A stretch of DNA of 64,000 nucleotides from Dictyostelium discoideum (GCA_000004695.1 CM000150.2:1568001-1632000), one strand, 5' to 3'. Shown: positions 42,001-52,754, counted from the stretch's first letter. Notes: generated by a model from the letters alone, not told the origin. A program made the numbers and translations.

Positions 42001-42864
42001 CCAAAAAATAACCACACACCCACTAATTTATTGTAAATATGGTTTTAATGAAATAAAAAAAACAAAAATAAAAACAACAATAATAAAAACATTGAATGGG
42101 GTCACAATTTAGAATTTCCACCCAATCATTTTTTTTATTTAAAACATTTTCTTAATTTAGCTACTTTAAAAAAACACAGTAGAAAAAAAAAAAAAAAAAA
42201 AAAAAAAAATAATAAATAAATTTTTAATTAATAATTATATTTCTCAATGTTCATTTGCAAAGATATAATCACCCATTACTCTATCATCACTATCACAAAA
42301 ACCCAACACAACCACTTTTTTTTTTTTTAAATTAAAATCAAAAAACACTTTCTCACCAAAAAATAAAAAACCCACAGTTCTCTAAATTTGCTTTCCAACC
42401 ATTTAATTATTTCTTTAAGAAACAATATTTGATTGCAACTACTCATCATATATATCATTATTAATAATATTATTATTATATTTTATTTTCATTGATTTCT
42501 TTTTATTATTTTTTTCAGTTTTAATTTGCTCATTGCCAATAATAATTTAAAAAAATAAAAATAAAAACAATAATAAAATTTCAAAACAAAAAAAACTTTT
42601 TTAATTATTAATAATAATTAATAATTTTTTTTATTATTTTCACTTTCTGTAAACATTTCTATACTTTTGTTATTATCTTAGATCCACATTGTTATAATGG
42701 TATTTGTTCTACACTTTAAACCTTCTATTGACGTTTTAAAACAGAAATCTAACTATCCTCTATAATTAAATATTTTTTTGTTTCTTCATTTATCTAATTA
42801 TAGTGGTCAACTTTTTTTATCAAAATTTAATTGGATGTGGCTTGCATCCTAAATCAAACAGATA

Positions 42865-42879
42865 GGGAGATCGGTACAC
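42865..42879. repeat. target-site duplication (left copy) GGGAGATCGGTACAC
   Basis: Identical 15-mer at 47405-47419, immediately outside the element's A-tail. Confidence 0.75.
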
Positions 42880-42998
42880 TTTTTTTTTTTTTTTTTTTTA
42901 CCTGTGATCAGACCTTCAAGGAATGTCCTTGTGTCTTTTCGGCGGTGTTTGTTAAACGGTTTTATTTTTATTATTCAATTGTATTAAATTTTTTAAAC

Positions 42999-43077
<79 letters not shown>

Positions 43078-43082
43078 ACTAC

Positions 43083-46000
43083 TTAAATTGGAAGAGGGTT
43101 CGGAGCTGCTGGGGTTTGCCAGGCTTTGTTGAATTTGTATTTGTGAAGATCTTGATTGGTGTTTTTTAGTATTGCTTCGTCGTGTTTGATTTTCTTTAGT
43201 GTGATGAATTTTTCAGTTTCGATGAGATTTAGTAATTCTGTTTCTATGACCTTTTGCTCGAATTTTGGCTCTGGTTTGCTTTCATCAGTGTTGAACAATT
43301 TGTGACAGATTATCTTCCATAATTGGTGTGCTATTATTCCTATGAGATTGGGGAAGATTCTCTCAGTTCTGTTGTATTTTGATATGTCTAAGGTATCCAT
43401 TGACCATCTGTGGATTTTGATGAATGATAATTTGTTAACTGTTGATATGATGGTTTTTTCAATATCTAGGATATCTTGGCATAGAGTGAAGAGGTGAGAA
43501 TAAGGGTCTCTGAATAGGTGGCCACAGATCTTGCATCTGGTGTCTCTTTCGTGGTTGATACCTGGAAGTGATCTTGAGAAGAATCTGAAGAGGGTGTTTC
43601 TACCTTTTTGGTGAGAAATGCTGTTGATGTTTATGAATACTTTGGGTATTTCTGTGTTGTATCTCACCGCCCATAACTTCTGCCATTCTGTTCTTCTTGG
43701 TGTTGGGTGTCTGTCTTTGATCATGAGTTCGTAAATTTCTTTCAGTTTTAGTGGTTCATCATTGTCGTTTCTTATACAGTCTGGAAGTTCATTTATCTTT
43801 GGATGATTTTGGTAAAATTTGACTCTGAATACACCCCAGTGTCTGCACATATCGTTGAGGGTTGAAGTGTGGGCTTTTTTTCTACTTAATTGCTCCATGT
43901 ACCATTCTTGTAAAGTATTGTTGTTGTTGTTGTAGTTGTTATGGAGTAGCCTGTTCATGTACCAGATTTTGAATGCTATATGTCTTAGTTCTATATCCCA
44001 TAATTTTATGCCTCCTTCTTTCCAATCTGCATATGCTCTGTCTATTTTCATCATAGTTTTGTATTTTCTCTCTTCTGTATATGTATTCTTAACTGAGGAG
44101 AATAAGAACCATCTGGTCATGTTATTGATTTCCTCAATTTGTTCTTCATTTAGATTATCCATGTATTGATGGTATGTTAATTTGGATAGAACGTATGTTT
44201 TGAGAATTGTCATCTTTGCCTTCATCGTTATTGCTTGTGATTTCCATTTGATTAGATTGTTTTTCATTTCTTGGATTAAAGTGTTGTATTTTGAATTTAA
44301 ACCTGTTTTGGTGAAATTGAGGCCAAGATATCTTTCTGGGACTGTACTCTCTTGGAATGGTAGATCGTGTGGTTTATCTCCTATTGCTATCATTACTGTT
44401 TTCTCTTTGTTTAACGATGATGATGTTGCTGAGCAGTACTTTTGGATTTTAGTATTAATTTTCATTAGTTCTTCTGTGGAGTTTGTAAAGGTTGCTATGT
44501 CGTCAGCAAATGCAGTGAGTTTTAATGATTTGGAATTTGGTAGAGTGAAGCCTTTGATTGTATTATCATTGATGATATCTATTAGAAGTGGTTCTAAAAC
44601 TAGAGCAAAGATTGTTGGTGATATTGGGTCTCCTTGTTTTGTTCCTCTTCTGATTGTTATTCCATTGACTAAAAAGTCGTTGATCTTTATTTTGTTTTTA
44701 GTATCTTTGAGTAGGTTTAGTAGGATCGCTGTGAATTTTGGGGGGATACCAATATGCTCTAATGTTCTTGTGATACTCTTGTGGCTGATTGAATCGAATG
44801 CTTTGTTAAAATCGTAAAAGGTAATGAGTGTATTGTTCTTTCTTTTGTTACTTATTTCTATTACTTCCTTCATGATCTGAATATTGTCTTGGATGAACCT
44901 GTTTGGAACAAAGCCGTTTTGAAATTTGTTGATAATTTTACTGGTGATATCTAATAATCTACTGTTGAGAATTTTGCTTAAAATTTTGTAATCTGTATTG
45001 AGAAGGGTGATTGGTCTTCTATTTGAAATGTTTAGTTCATCTCCTTTTTTGAATATTGTTGTTATTACTCCTTCTTTGAATTTTGTGGGGATTTCTTTCT
45101 TATTTGTGAGGAGGTCGTTGAAAGCTATAGTCAATATTCTTGCTATTGAGTTGATGTGGTACTTGTAGAATAGTGCATTGATACCGTCTAAACCTGGAGA
45201 TTTGTGGATACTTGAAGTTTTGATTGCTTTGGTCACTTCATGTATTCTTATTGGTCTGTCTATCTCTAGTTTCTTGATTAAATCAACGTCTACTTCCCAT
45301 TTTTCTAATAACTTCTTGTGGGTTTCTTCGTTATCTTCTTTCTCTTCATATTGATCTTGATAGAATTCAACAAATCTTTTTGCTATGTTCTCTTTATCTG
45401 ATATGGGCTTATTATCTTTATCTTTTATTTGGAATATTGATTTATCTTTGGCTCTGGATTTAAGGATACTTGTGAGGTATTTGCTTGGTGTTTCTTGATG
45501 CAGGTGGAGTTTTAATTTGATATCCCATGCTTTTACCTTTCTTTCTTCTTCTAATATTCTACTTATTTCTTCATTGAGTTCTTTTCTCATCTTTGGAATG
45601 ATATCACTATTTTCAAGTAATTTGTGGATTACGTATTTTCTTTTGTTCTTTTCTTTCTTTATTTTGTTTTGTTCTTTTTTTAAATAATCTCTGATGACAT
45701 TATTTTTAAATTTCGTCCATTCCTCCACTGATTTGATCTTATCTTTGTTCTTACTGATTAATTCTGATAACCCATCATGTATATGTTTGTTGTTGAGAAT
45801 TTCTTTACATAATGTCCAAGGGAGTCTTTCTAGTTTGGTTGTTGTTGTTGTTGTTGTTTCTCTGTTGGTTTGTATTGAGATTGTGATGGGAAAGTGATCT
45901 GATTTGTTAAATACTGTGTTGTGGACTACCAATTTTGAATTTTGGTTTAGTAGTGTTGGATGACAGTAGATTCTATCTAGTCTCTTCATTGATCTTGGAA

Positions 46001-46526
46001 ATGTTGGAGTGTTTTCTTCAATACCAGTATCTAGTAGCATGTCTTGGTCTATTATTTTACGTAATTCAGTACCGAAGAAGCTGTTGCAATCGTGGTTGTT
46101 ATTGAAGTCGCCTGCTATTATTTGATGGTTGATTGAATTATATTTTTTAAACAGTGATTTTGAGTTGATTATGAAGGTGTTTCTTTCAGATATAGTCGCT
46201 GGAGCATAGATCAATAATATGTTGATAGAATTAAAGGAATTGTATTTAATTGATAGTATTCTACCATCATCGTCTTTGAAGTTTATTGATATGTGGCCTT
46301 TTCTTGTATCTCTATTTTCTATTGCTATGCCAGTTCCTTTACCTGAACCATGATCTATTCTTTCAAAGTTGAACATTGTTTTGTGGTGGTTGAATCCATT
46401 GAAATTAGTTTCAGTTAGGAGTGCTAATTGAGTGCCAATTCTTTTTATCGTTTCTTCTGTTTTATTCTTAGCGTTGGTTGATTGATTACCTCTGCAGTTC
46501 CATAGTAATAATTTTAATTGTTCCAT
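43083..46526 (-). CDS. retrotransposon ORF2: apurinic-endonuclease-like domain plus reverse transcriptase
   Basis: N-terminal APE-like region (LLLWNCRGN..., SDHFPITI). RT motifs (FYDFNKAFDSISH; LTAFADDIATFT). Confidence 0.85.
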   Translation of the reverse strand: MEQLKLLLWNCRGNQSTNAKNKTEETIKRIGTQLALLTETNFNGFNHHKTMFNFERIDHGSGKGTGIAIENRDTRKGHISINFKDDDGRILSIKYNSFNSINILLIYAPATISERNTFIINSKSLFKKYNSINHQIIAGDFNNNHDCNSFFGTELRKIIDQDMLLDTGIEENTPTFPRSMKRLDRIYCHPTLLNQNSKLVVHNTVFNKSDHFPITISIQTNRETTTTTTTKLERLPWTLCKEILNNKHIHDGLSELISKNKDKIKSVEEWTKFKNNVIRDYLKKEQNKIKKEKNKRKYVIHKLLENSDIIPKMRKELNEEISRILEEERKVKAWDIKLKLHLHQETPSKYLTSILKSRAKDKSIFQIKDKDNKPISDKENIAKRFVEFYQDQYEEKEDNEETHKKLLEKWEVDVDLIKKLEIDRPIRIHEVTKAIKTSSIHKSPGLDGINALFYKYHINSIARILTIAFNDLLTNKKEIPTKFKEGVITTIFKKGDELNISNRRPITLLNTDYKILSKILNSRLLDITSKIINKFQNGFVPNRFIQDNIQIMKEVIEISNKRKNNTLITFYDFNKAFDSISHKSITRTLEHIGIPPKFTAILLNLLKDTKNKIKINDFLVNGITIRRGTKQGDPISPTIFALVLEPLLIDIINDNTIKGFTLPNSKSLKLTAFADDIATFTNSTEELMKINTKIQKYCSATSSSLNKEKTVMIAIGDKPHDLPFQESTVPERYLGLNFTKTGLNSKYNTLIQEMKNNLIKWKSQAITMKAKMTILKTYVLSKLTYHQYMDNLNEEQIEEINNMTRWFLFSSVKNTYTEERKYKTMMKIDRAYADWKEGGIKLWDIELRHIAFKIWYMNRLLHNNYNNNNNTLQEWYMEQLSRKKAHTSTLNDMCRHWGVFRVKFYQNHPKINELPDCIRNDNDEPLKLKEIYELMIKDRHPTPRRTEWQKLWAVRYNTEIPKVFININSISHQKGRNTLFRFFSRSLPGINHERDTRCKICGHLFRDPYSHLFTLCQDILDIEKTIISTVNKLSFIKIHRWSMDTLDISKYNRTERIFPNLIGIIAHQLWKIICHKLFNTDESKPEPKFEQKVIETELLNLIETEKFITLKKIKHDEAILKNTNQDLHKYKFNKAWQTPAAPNPLPI

Positions 46527-47398
46527 TATTTTCTAATACTACTGGCAATTGGAAACTTGGTACCATTGCTTGTAGTAATTTTATTGATAGGTTTTGTAGT
46601 AGTAGTAGTAGTAGTAGTAGTTTTGTTTAGGTTGTAGATTGTTGTATTGCTTGTTGGTAATTGATGTGTGGTTGTTGTTGGTGTGGTTGTTGTTTGTGTG
46701 GTTGTTATTGGTGTGGTTGTTATTGGTGTGGTTGTTGATGTATTAGTTGTTGGTGGAGTTGATGGTATTGATTTAGTTGTATTTGTAGTTGTTGGTTGTT
46801 GGTTTTTATTACTTGTGTTTTTTTTTTTTCTAACATCTCTTATTTCTTTATTGTTATATTCAGAGATGAAGGCTCTTATTGGATGCTTACTACCTTTTAT
46901 AGCATCAATGTTTGTTTTAATGATTGAGATATCATCTTCTTTATTAAATAATAGTATGCATGAATATCTAATCACATCTGGTAGCATTACTATGTTGCAT
47001 TCATCTATTAGTAATGGCTCCAATCCCCAGTTTTCTTTTACCATTTGATTGTTTATTTTTTTTATTATGTTTTTTGTAAATGTGTAAAAGTGGACATAGT
47101 GATATCCTGGGGTGTAAAGTATGAATTTTTGCAGTGGGAAATCTTCATACTTGAAAGTGCTGTAACACTCGTGTAATAATGTGAATTTTTCTTTTAGTAT
47201 TCTACCGAATACTGTTATACCCTTTTGTCTTCTGACAATGTTAAGAGTACCATTAACTATGAAATTATCTATTAATTTTGTTGAATTACTATTTAATTCC
47301 AAGGTATTTGGGTAGAATAACCTTATTTGAATAGTTTTTTTATTTAACTCTTCTTCGCCTAAGTTGAGTTCACCTTTAAGTTTATCGAAAAAATTCAT
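46526..47398 (-). CDS. retrotransposon ORF1 (nucleic-acid-binding protein; Thr/Pro-rich C-terminus)
   Basis: First ATG at 47398-47396. Stop overlaps the ORF2 ATG at 46526. The listed M at 47431 is a non-ATG start in flanking DNA. Confidence 0.7.
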   Translation of the reverse strand: MNFFDKLKGELNLGEEELNKKTIQIRLFYPNTLELNSNSTKLIDNFIVNGTLNIVRRQKGITVFGRILKEKFTLLHECYSTFKYEDFPLQKFILYTPGYHYVHFYTFTKNIIKKINNQMVKENWGLEPLLIDECNIVMLPDVIRYSCILLFNKEDDISIIKTNIDAIKGSKHPIRAFISEYNNKEIRDVRKKKNTSNKNQQPTTTNTTKSIPSTPPTTNTSTTTPITTTPITTTQTTTTPTTTTHQLPTSNTTIYNLNKTTTTTTTTTKPINKITTSNGTKFPIASSIRK

Positions 47399-47404
47399 TT
47401 TTTG

Positions 47405-47419
47405 GGGAGATCGGTACAC
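47405..47419. repeat. target-site duplication (right copy) GGGAGATCGGTACAC
   Basis: See left copy. Lies 6 nt upstream of the ORF1 ATG in element orientation. Confidence 0.75.
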
Positions 47420-47469
47420 GAAGTGGAACACTCTCCATAATTCTGCCCAGATTTACAAATAATTGTAAT

Positions 47470-47484
47470 ATCCGAAGTTCGGAT
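47470..47484. promoter_or_regulatory. palindrome ATCCGAAGTTCGGAT 25 nt downstream of tRNA-Pro: external B-box-like element (GTTCGGAT ~ B-box GGTTCGANTCC)
   Basis: Identical element at identical spacing downstream of the second tRNA copy (50415-50429). Confidence 0.55.
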
Positions 47485-47508
47485 TTTTGAAAATTCGTTA
47501 AAAAAACT

Positions 47509-47579
47509 GGGGAGATCCGAGAATCGAACTCAGGACGCTACCACCCAAAGGTAGCATTATACCACTTAACTAATCTCCC
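47509..47579 (-). tRNA. tRNA-Pro(UGG): tRNA-Pro (anticodon UGG), 71 nt
   Basis: Cloverleaf read from sequence: acceptor GGGAGAU/AUCUCCC, D-arm GUUA..UAAU, anticodon stem CUACC/GGUAG, loop UUUGGGU, T-arm CUGAG-TTCGATT-CUCGG. A- and B-box-like internal sequences. Confidence 0.9.
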
Positions 47580-47734
47580 ATTTTGATATTTTTTTGTGAT
47601 ATATCACCTACAAAAAAATCAAAATTAAAATTTTAAAATTATTATAAACTTTTTTTGATTTTGTAAATAAATTTTAAAATTTGTTAATGTAATTACATTT
47701 AAATTATTAATTTTATTTTATTTTTTCAGTTGAA

Positions 47735-47950
47735 TTAAATTTTATTTAATTTAGCTGGTTTGAGGGCAGCAGCAGCAATTTTAAGATTTGTACGATATCT
47801 TTTAAAAATGATTGATGCTAAAATTACAATTAAAGCAGAACCAACAACTGGGACTATTATTACAACATATAAAAACCATTTTCTTGATGAAGTTGATTCA
47901 CACTCATCACCATTATCAATTGGAGGTGGTGATACTAATACTGAAAAATC
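47735..47950 (-). CDS. EGF-repeat type I membrane protein exon 3: TM helix plus cytoplasmic tail
   Basis: Acceptor ATATAG at 47952-47951. Encodes ...WFLYVVIIVPVVGSALIVILASIIFKRYRTNLK...*. Confidence 0.55.
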   Translation of the reverse strand, partial: DFSVLVSPPPIDNGDECESTSSRKWFLYVVIIVPVVGSALIVILASIIFKRYRTNLKIAAAALKPAKLNKI

Positions 47951-48033
47951 CTATATTTATAAATATTTAATTTAATTTATTAATAAACTATAAATACCAC
48001 TATTATTAACTATTATTAATTATTATTACTTAC

Positions 48034-49597
48034 TGGATCAATTAAACATTCATGAATACAATGAGGCATATTTAAACCAACCATTAATGAAGTTGAATTT
48101 TTATAAATTAAAGAAGTTGATAAATAAGAAATTCTATTATCAGATAACATATTTTTTAAGAATCTACCATAAAATATTTTACTATCTTTTGAAATAGTTA
48201 TAATATTTGATGATAATTCATCGGTGGTTATACCATTTGTACCGATTTCAGTCTCATTTCTTATGGTATTTCCACATGAATCAAATTGAGTTTGATTACC
48301 ATTAACATCTGATAAAATTCGTAATTGTAAAAAATTTAAACCACTTTGATATTTATAATTTGATATTGATACTGTTATTTTTATAGAATGTGGGTCAACT
48401 CTAAAATCTACACCTGCAAATGAGTATCTTACTGGTTGATCTTTAATTTCCTCAATTGTATATCTAATTGTACAATTTCTATCTGAAATAAATTGATTAT
48501 AATTTGTGATTTGTTTATTTGATAATGGTGATTTTGTAATTGATGGTGTTGTTGTAGCTGTTGGTGTTGGTGTAGTTGTTGAATTTGTAATAGTAGTAGT
48601 ATAATTCCAATTATTATATAATATATATTCATTTATAATTATACCATTAATATCATACTCTACTAAACTATAAATATTAATTGAATAAGTTACATTTTGA
48701 TTCGATATGATTGAAGACCCATTATTAGTGACTGAAGTTTCAGTATTATTATTACTATTTAATTGAGCAGAACAATCTAAACCGGAATAACCTTGAAAAC
48801 ATTCACAAACACCTGTTGAACTATCACATTTACCTTGACTGATTTTTGTACAATTATTTAAACATTGGTACACTTTTGGGGTATACTTAAATAGATTAAT
48901 ACCCAAAGTGCTTAACCCATTGTTATCTTGAAATGTTATGTTTTTAACACCACTACCCGCTTCAATTGTACATTGAAGTGTATTCCAGACATTTGGGGGC
49001 CCCGAAATTGGATTTTTACAAAGTTTATCACCAATTAATATCTGAGCATTGTTTGTAATATTGCCAAAGTATCCATAAATATTAATTAACCCACCCGTTT
49101 CTTCAGGTGCACTATCACTTGAACTTATAAATAATTTAGAAGATTCACAACCTAATCCCTCGGTTTGTGAATCACATAAACAATCACCTGTGTATACATT
49201 ACAAATACCATGATTTGAACAATTGTATAAACATTCTCTACAAATTACTTTACTACTAATATAGGTGTTATAGGTACAAATGGGATTCTCTTGAACTTGT
49301 ATCACTTTAAAATCTGTACTTGGGTCACATTTTAAATAAAAATTGGTATGTCTATAATTACCTCCTGCTAAACAATCTGTAATACCAAGTTTTTCAGTTA
49401 CATAACCAATATTTAATTGATTACTAGCATAACTAACTATTTCATTCACTGCAAGTGATCCTGCTTTACTACTATCAATACAGGCTCTTTCATTACCACA
49501 TAAACTTATTGGTACTTTACAAAAATTGAATGAAATTGTAGAAGTTCCTCCTATATTATTTGTAAATGCTTGTGAATATGGTGAATTTGCTGGTCGC
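48034..49597 (-). CDS. EGF-repeat type I membrane protein exon 2: ectodomain with several EGF-like Cys repeats and many N-glycosylation sites
   Basis: CSNHGICNVYTGDCLCDSQTEGLGCE and KCDSSTGVCECFQGYSGLDC EGF-like modules. Acceptor TTAAAG at 49599-49598. Donor GTAAGT at 48033-48028. Confidence 0.65.
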
Positions 49598-49709
49598 CTT
49601 TAATTTGAAAAAAAAAAATTAAAAATTAATGAAAAAAAAAATATTGAAAATAAAAAAAAAAAATTAAAATCTGCACTTTTTAACATAAAAATAATTATTT
49701 ATTACTTAC

Positions 49710-49831
49710 AATATCTTTGTTAAATTATAAATTCCTCCAAATACAGTGTTATTATAAATACAATTATCTTGAGATTTTGAAAATTTAATATTAAATAAAA
49801 TAAATAAAATAAAAAATAAATTCTTTTTCAT
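49710..49831 (-). CDS. EGF-repeat membrane protein exon 1: signal peptide MKKNLFFILFILFNIKFSKS
   Basis: ATG at 49831. Donor GTAAGT at 49709-49704, phase 2. Confidence 0.55.
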
Positions 49832-50414
49832 TCTTTAATACATATTTATTTGTTATTTTCGATAAATATAAAAAAGATAATCTTAAAATAAAAAAATAAA
49901 ATAAAAAATTAAAATAAAGGTAAAAAAATAAAAAATTAAAATAAAAGTTAAAAAAAATCCTCTTTATTTCGAAAAAAACATCATTTTTTTATTATAATAA
50001 AAATAAAAAAAAAATATCAAGATTTTTTTTTTATGTCCTTTCATATGGGAAAAAATTGGTCAAGAATTTTTTTTTTTTTTTTTTTGATATTTTTTTTTTT
50101 TTTTTTTTTTGTGGAAGATTTGTCTGGTATGGATTTTTTCTTTTTTTTTTTTTTTTTTTAAATATTGGTCAGAGTTAAACAATAGTTTTAATTATTAATT
50201 ATAATTTTAAAATGTAGAATCGAGTATGAGAGCTTTCGTCTATAAATGGTTTCATGAACCAATATACAATTGATTACAGAACTTATGAATTATTAATTCC
50301 ATTATGTCTCTATATTCAAAGGTTTTTGAGGTCATTATTTAAAAATTTTTTACCTCATTCAAAATATTCTTTGTGGTCTATGTTAATCTTATTGATTATT
50401 ATTCAATATCTTAA

Positions 50415-50429
50415 ATCCGAAGTTCGGAT
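50415..50429. promoter_or_regulatory. second copy of the ATCCGAAGTTCGGAT palindrome, 25 nt downstream of tRNA-Pro copy 2
   Basis: Exact repeat of 47470-47484. Confidence 0.55.
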
Positions 50430-50453
50430 TTTTCAAAATTCGATAAAAAGAGT

Positions 50454-50524
50454 GGGGAGATCCGAGAATCGAACTCAGGACGCTACCACCCAAAGGTAGC
50501 ATTATACCACTTAACTAATCTCCC
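50454..50524 (-). tRNA. tRNA-Pro(UGG): tRNA-Pro (UGG), second identical copy
   Basis: 71/71 identity with the copy at 47509-47579. Same orientation. About 2.9 kb apart. Confidence 0.9.
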
Positions 50525-50790
50525 ATTTTGATTTTTTTTGATTCAACACCTTTAAAAAAATAATTAAATACAATTTTATAAACTTTTTTTAAACTTGTTT
50601 ATTTTTTTTAAATTTGTAAATAAATTTTTGTTAAATGTAATTTTAATTAATTTATAATAATTGAAATTATAAATAATTGAAAATTGTAATAAAAAAAAAA
50701 TAAAAAAAAATTTTTAATTTCAATTTTTTTTTTTTTTATTTTTTCGTTTATTTTTTTTTTTTTTTTCACAGCAACAACAAAAATAATAAA

Positions 50791-51077
50791 ATGGCATCAA
50801 AACTTGGATTTGTTCATCAAGCTACACAAAATGTTTTATTTAAACAACCACGTTTCTATTTAGAGGCTTCATCAAAAGGTCAATTTGCTGATTCAATTGT
50901 TGATTTGTCAGGTATTCAACGTTGGAATAATGATAGAAGTAAAATAGGTAATCAATTTTCAAATAGATTCGTTAAACCATCACGTGTTAAATTTTTAAGA
51001 AAGAAACAAGTTCAAAAATATAAATGGGATCACTTTGTTTATGATGTTTGTAAAAATTATGAATTTATTAGAGAAAA
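50791..51077 (+). CDS. small basic protein (about 118 aa) exon 1, possibly mitochondrial (N-terminus MASKLGFVHQATQNVLFKQPRFY looks presequence-like)
   Basis: ATG at 50791. Donor GTTTGT at 51078, phase 2. Confidence 0.4.
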
Positions 51078-51215
51078 GTTTGTATTAATTTCATTCATTC
51101 ATATAAAAAATTATATATATATATATATAATATTATATTAAATTTTAATTCATTTAATTTTATCAATATATTACTATTATAATAAATAATTAATTAATTA
51201 ATTAAAATTTTAAAG

Positions 51216-51297
51216 TGCAAGAGAAATTTCAAGAGAACCAAACAGATTAGCAAAAATTGAAAGAGCAAATTCATGGTTAGGTGATTATCATCAATAA
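51216..51297 (+). CDS. small basic protein exon 2
   Basis: Acceptor TTAAAG at 51214-51215. Gives ...NAREISREPNRLAKIERANSWLGDYHQ*. Confidence 0.35.
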
Positions 51298-51581
51298 CCC
51301 AAAAAAAAGAAAAATAAAAAATAAAAAATTTAAAAATAATCAATTAATTTAGTTAAAAAGGAAAAAGAAACAAAAAAAAAAAAAAAAAAAAAAAAAAACA
51401 AAAAAAAACAAAAGAGAAAGTATATATATATATTTCTCATTATTTTATTTTATTTTATTTTTTATTTTTTTATTTTTAAACAAATAAAGAAATAAAGAAA
51501 TAAAGAAATGGAAAAAAAAAAAAAAAGAAAAAAATTGAAAAAAAAAATAGAAAAAAAAAGATAGTCACTATATTATATTTT

Positions 51582-52155
51582 TTAAATTCTTATTTTACGT
51601 TGTTTTTGTAAATATTGTTTTAATTGTTGTTCTTGTTGTTTTTGTTGTTGATGGCGTTGTTGATATTGTTGTGAAAATGATTTCTTATTTTCAATTAAAG
51701 TGATTGATTTCTCTATTGAATCATTTGATAATTGATTAGAGATATCAGTACAACGATTTTTAATTTTTTCATAATTCTCTTTAATTGATAAAATTGAATT
51801 AAATAAATCATCTTTTTTTAAAGTTGATGATTTTAATCCAATACCAATACCCATTGATTCAATCCTTTTAGCCCATGTTGATTGATCAAATGATAATGAA
51901 GTTATAATTGATGGTAGCGATGATTTCAACACTCCAGATATTGAATTCATATTACCACCATATGAAATTGACAATGAACAATACTTATAAATCCATTGAT
52001 AATCATTTTTAAAATTATTAATATTTATAACATTTTCTAAACTAATTTCATTTTGATTATTACCATTACTACCACTACCACTACTATTTAAAATTATCCA
52101 TTTTTGATTATTACCAAATTTTTCAATTGTATATTTTAAAATTGGTATTATTTCT

Positions 52156-52220
<65 letters not shown>

Positions 52221-52608
52221 ATGATGACCATCGTCAGTATTATCAGTGTTATCACTATTTTCATCATAATGAAATTCGAAAATTATTGGTAAATCTTTTT
52301 TATCTTGATATTTTGAATTTGTATCAACAATGATACAACCATTACTAATTGTTTCAATATTTAAAAAATTTAATAATTTTTCACTATTACTATCAATTAT
52401 TCTTGGCTCTTGATTATTAATGAAACCAACCACATTCCATTTATCTAAATAATCATGAGGAATACCATTACCACCTGGTAAAATTAATTGATCAAATGTA
52501 TTAATTATATTAACATTTGGATCAAATAAAATTTTTTCGAAAAAGTTATCTTTTAAACCATCCAATTGCAAATATTCTTTTCTCCATTTATCTACTCTTT
52601 CAATTTCA
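51582..52608 (-). CDS. UDP-glycosyltransferase, GT1 family (sterol-glucosyltransferase/MurG-like), exon 2: C-terminal nucleotide-sugar-binding half; contains a 27-residue poly-His tract
   Basis: GT1 C-terminal signature ISYGGNMNSISGVLKSSLPSIITSLSFDQSTWAKRIESMGIGIGL. Acceptor AAATAG at 52610-52609. Confidence 0.7.
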
Positions 52609-52754
52609 CTATTTATTTAATTAATTTTTTATATTTTTTATATTTTTTAAAAAATACACATACACACATATGTGGTTATATTAATAATTTTTATTTTTTA
52701 ATTTATATCATAATTTTTTATTTTTGAATTAAAAAAAATTAATTTTTTTCTTAC

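Larger units (their letters stand above)
42880..47404 (-). mobile_element. TRE3-type (tRNA-gene-targeted, downstream-inserting) non-LTR retrotransposon, apparently full length, with ORF1 and ORF2
   Basis: Two overlapping ORFs in the same orientation as the adjacent tRNA. 3' end carries A-runs (poly-T on plus at 43020-43076 and 42880-42899). Flanked by a perfect 15-bp direct repeat. 5' end lies about 105 nt downstream of the tRNA-Pro. Confidence 0.8.

Noticed and set aside
43936-46050. Plus-strand ORFs (77, 211, 67 aa) and the 46668-47048 plus-strand ORF inside the retroelement
   Set aside because: Antisense to the long, motif-bearing ORF1/ORF2 of the element.
47760-47975. Plus-strand 71-aa ORF
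   Set aside because: Antisense to the TM/cytoplasmic-tail exon 3 of the EGF-repeat membrane protein, which is in frame and spliced to the upstream exon.
50254-50499. Plus-strand 81-aa ORF
   Set aside because: Runs across the tRNA-Pro gene and its downstream palindrome; no coding features.
52127-52333. Plus-strand poly-D ORF
   Set aside because: Antisense of the poly-His (CAT)n tract in the GT1 glycosyltransferase.
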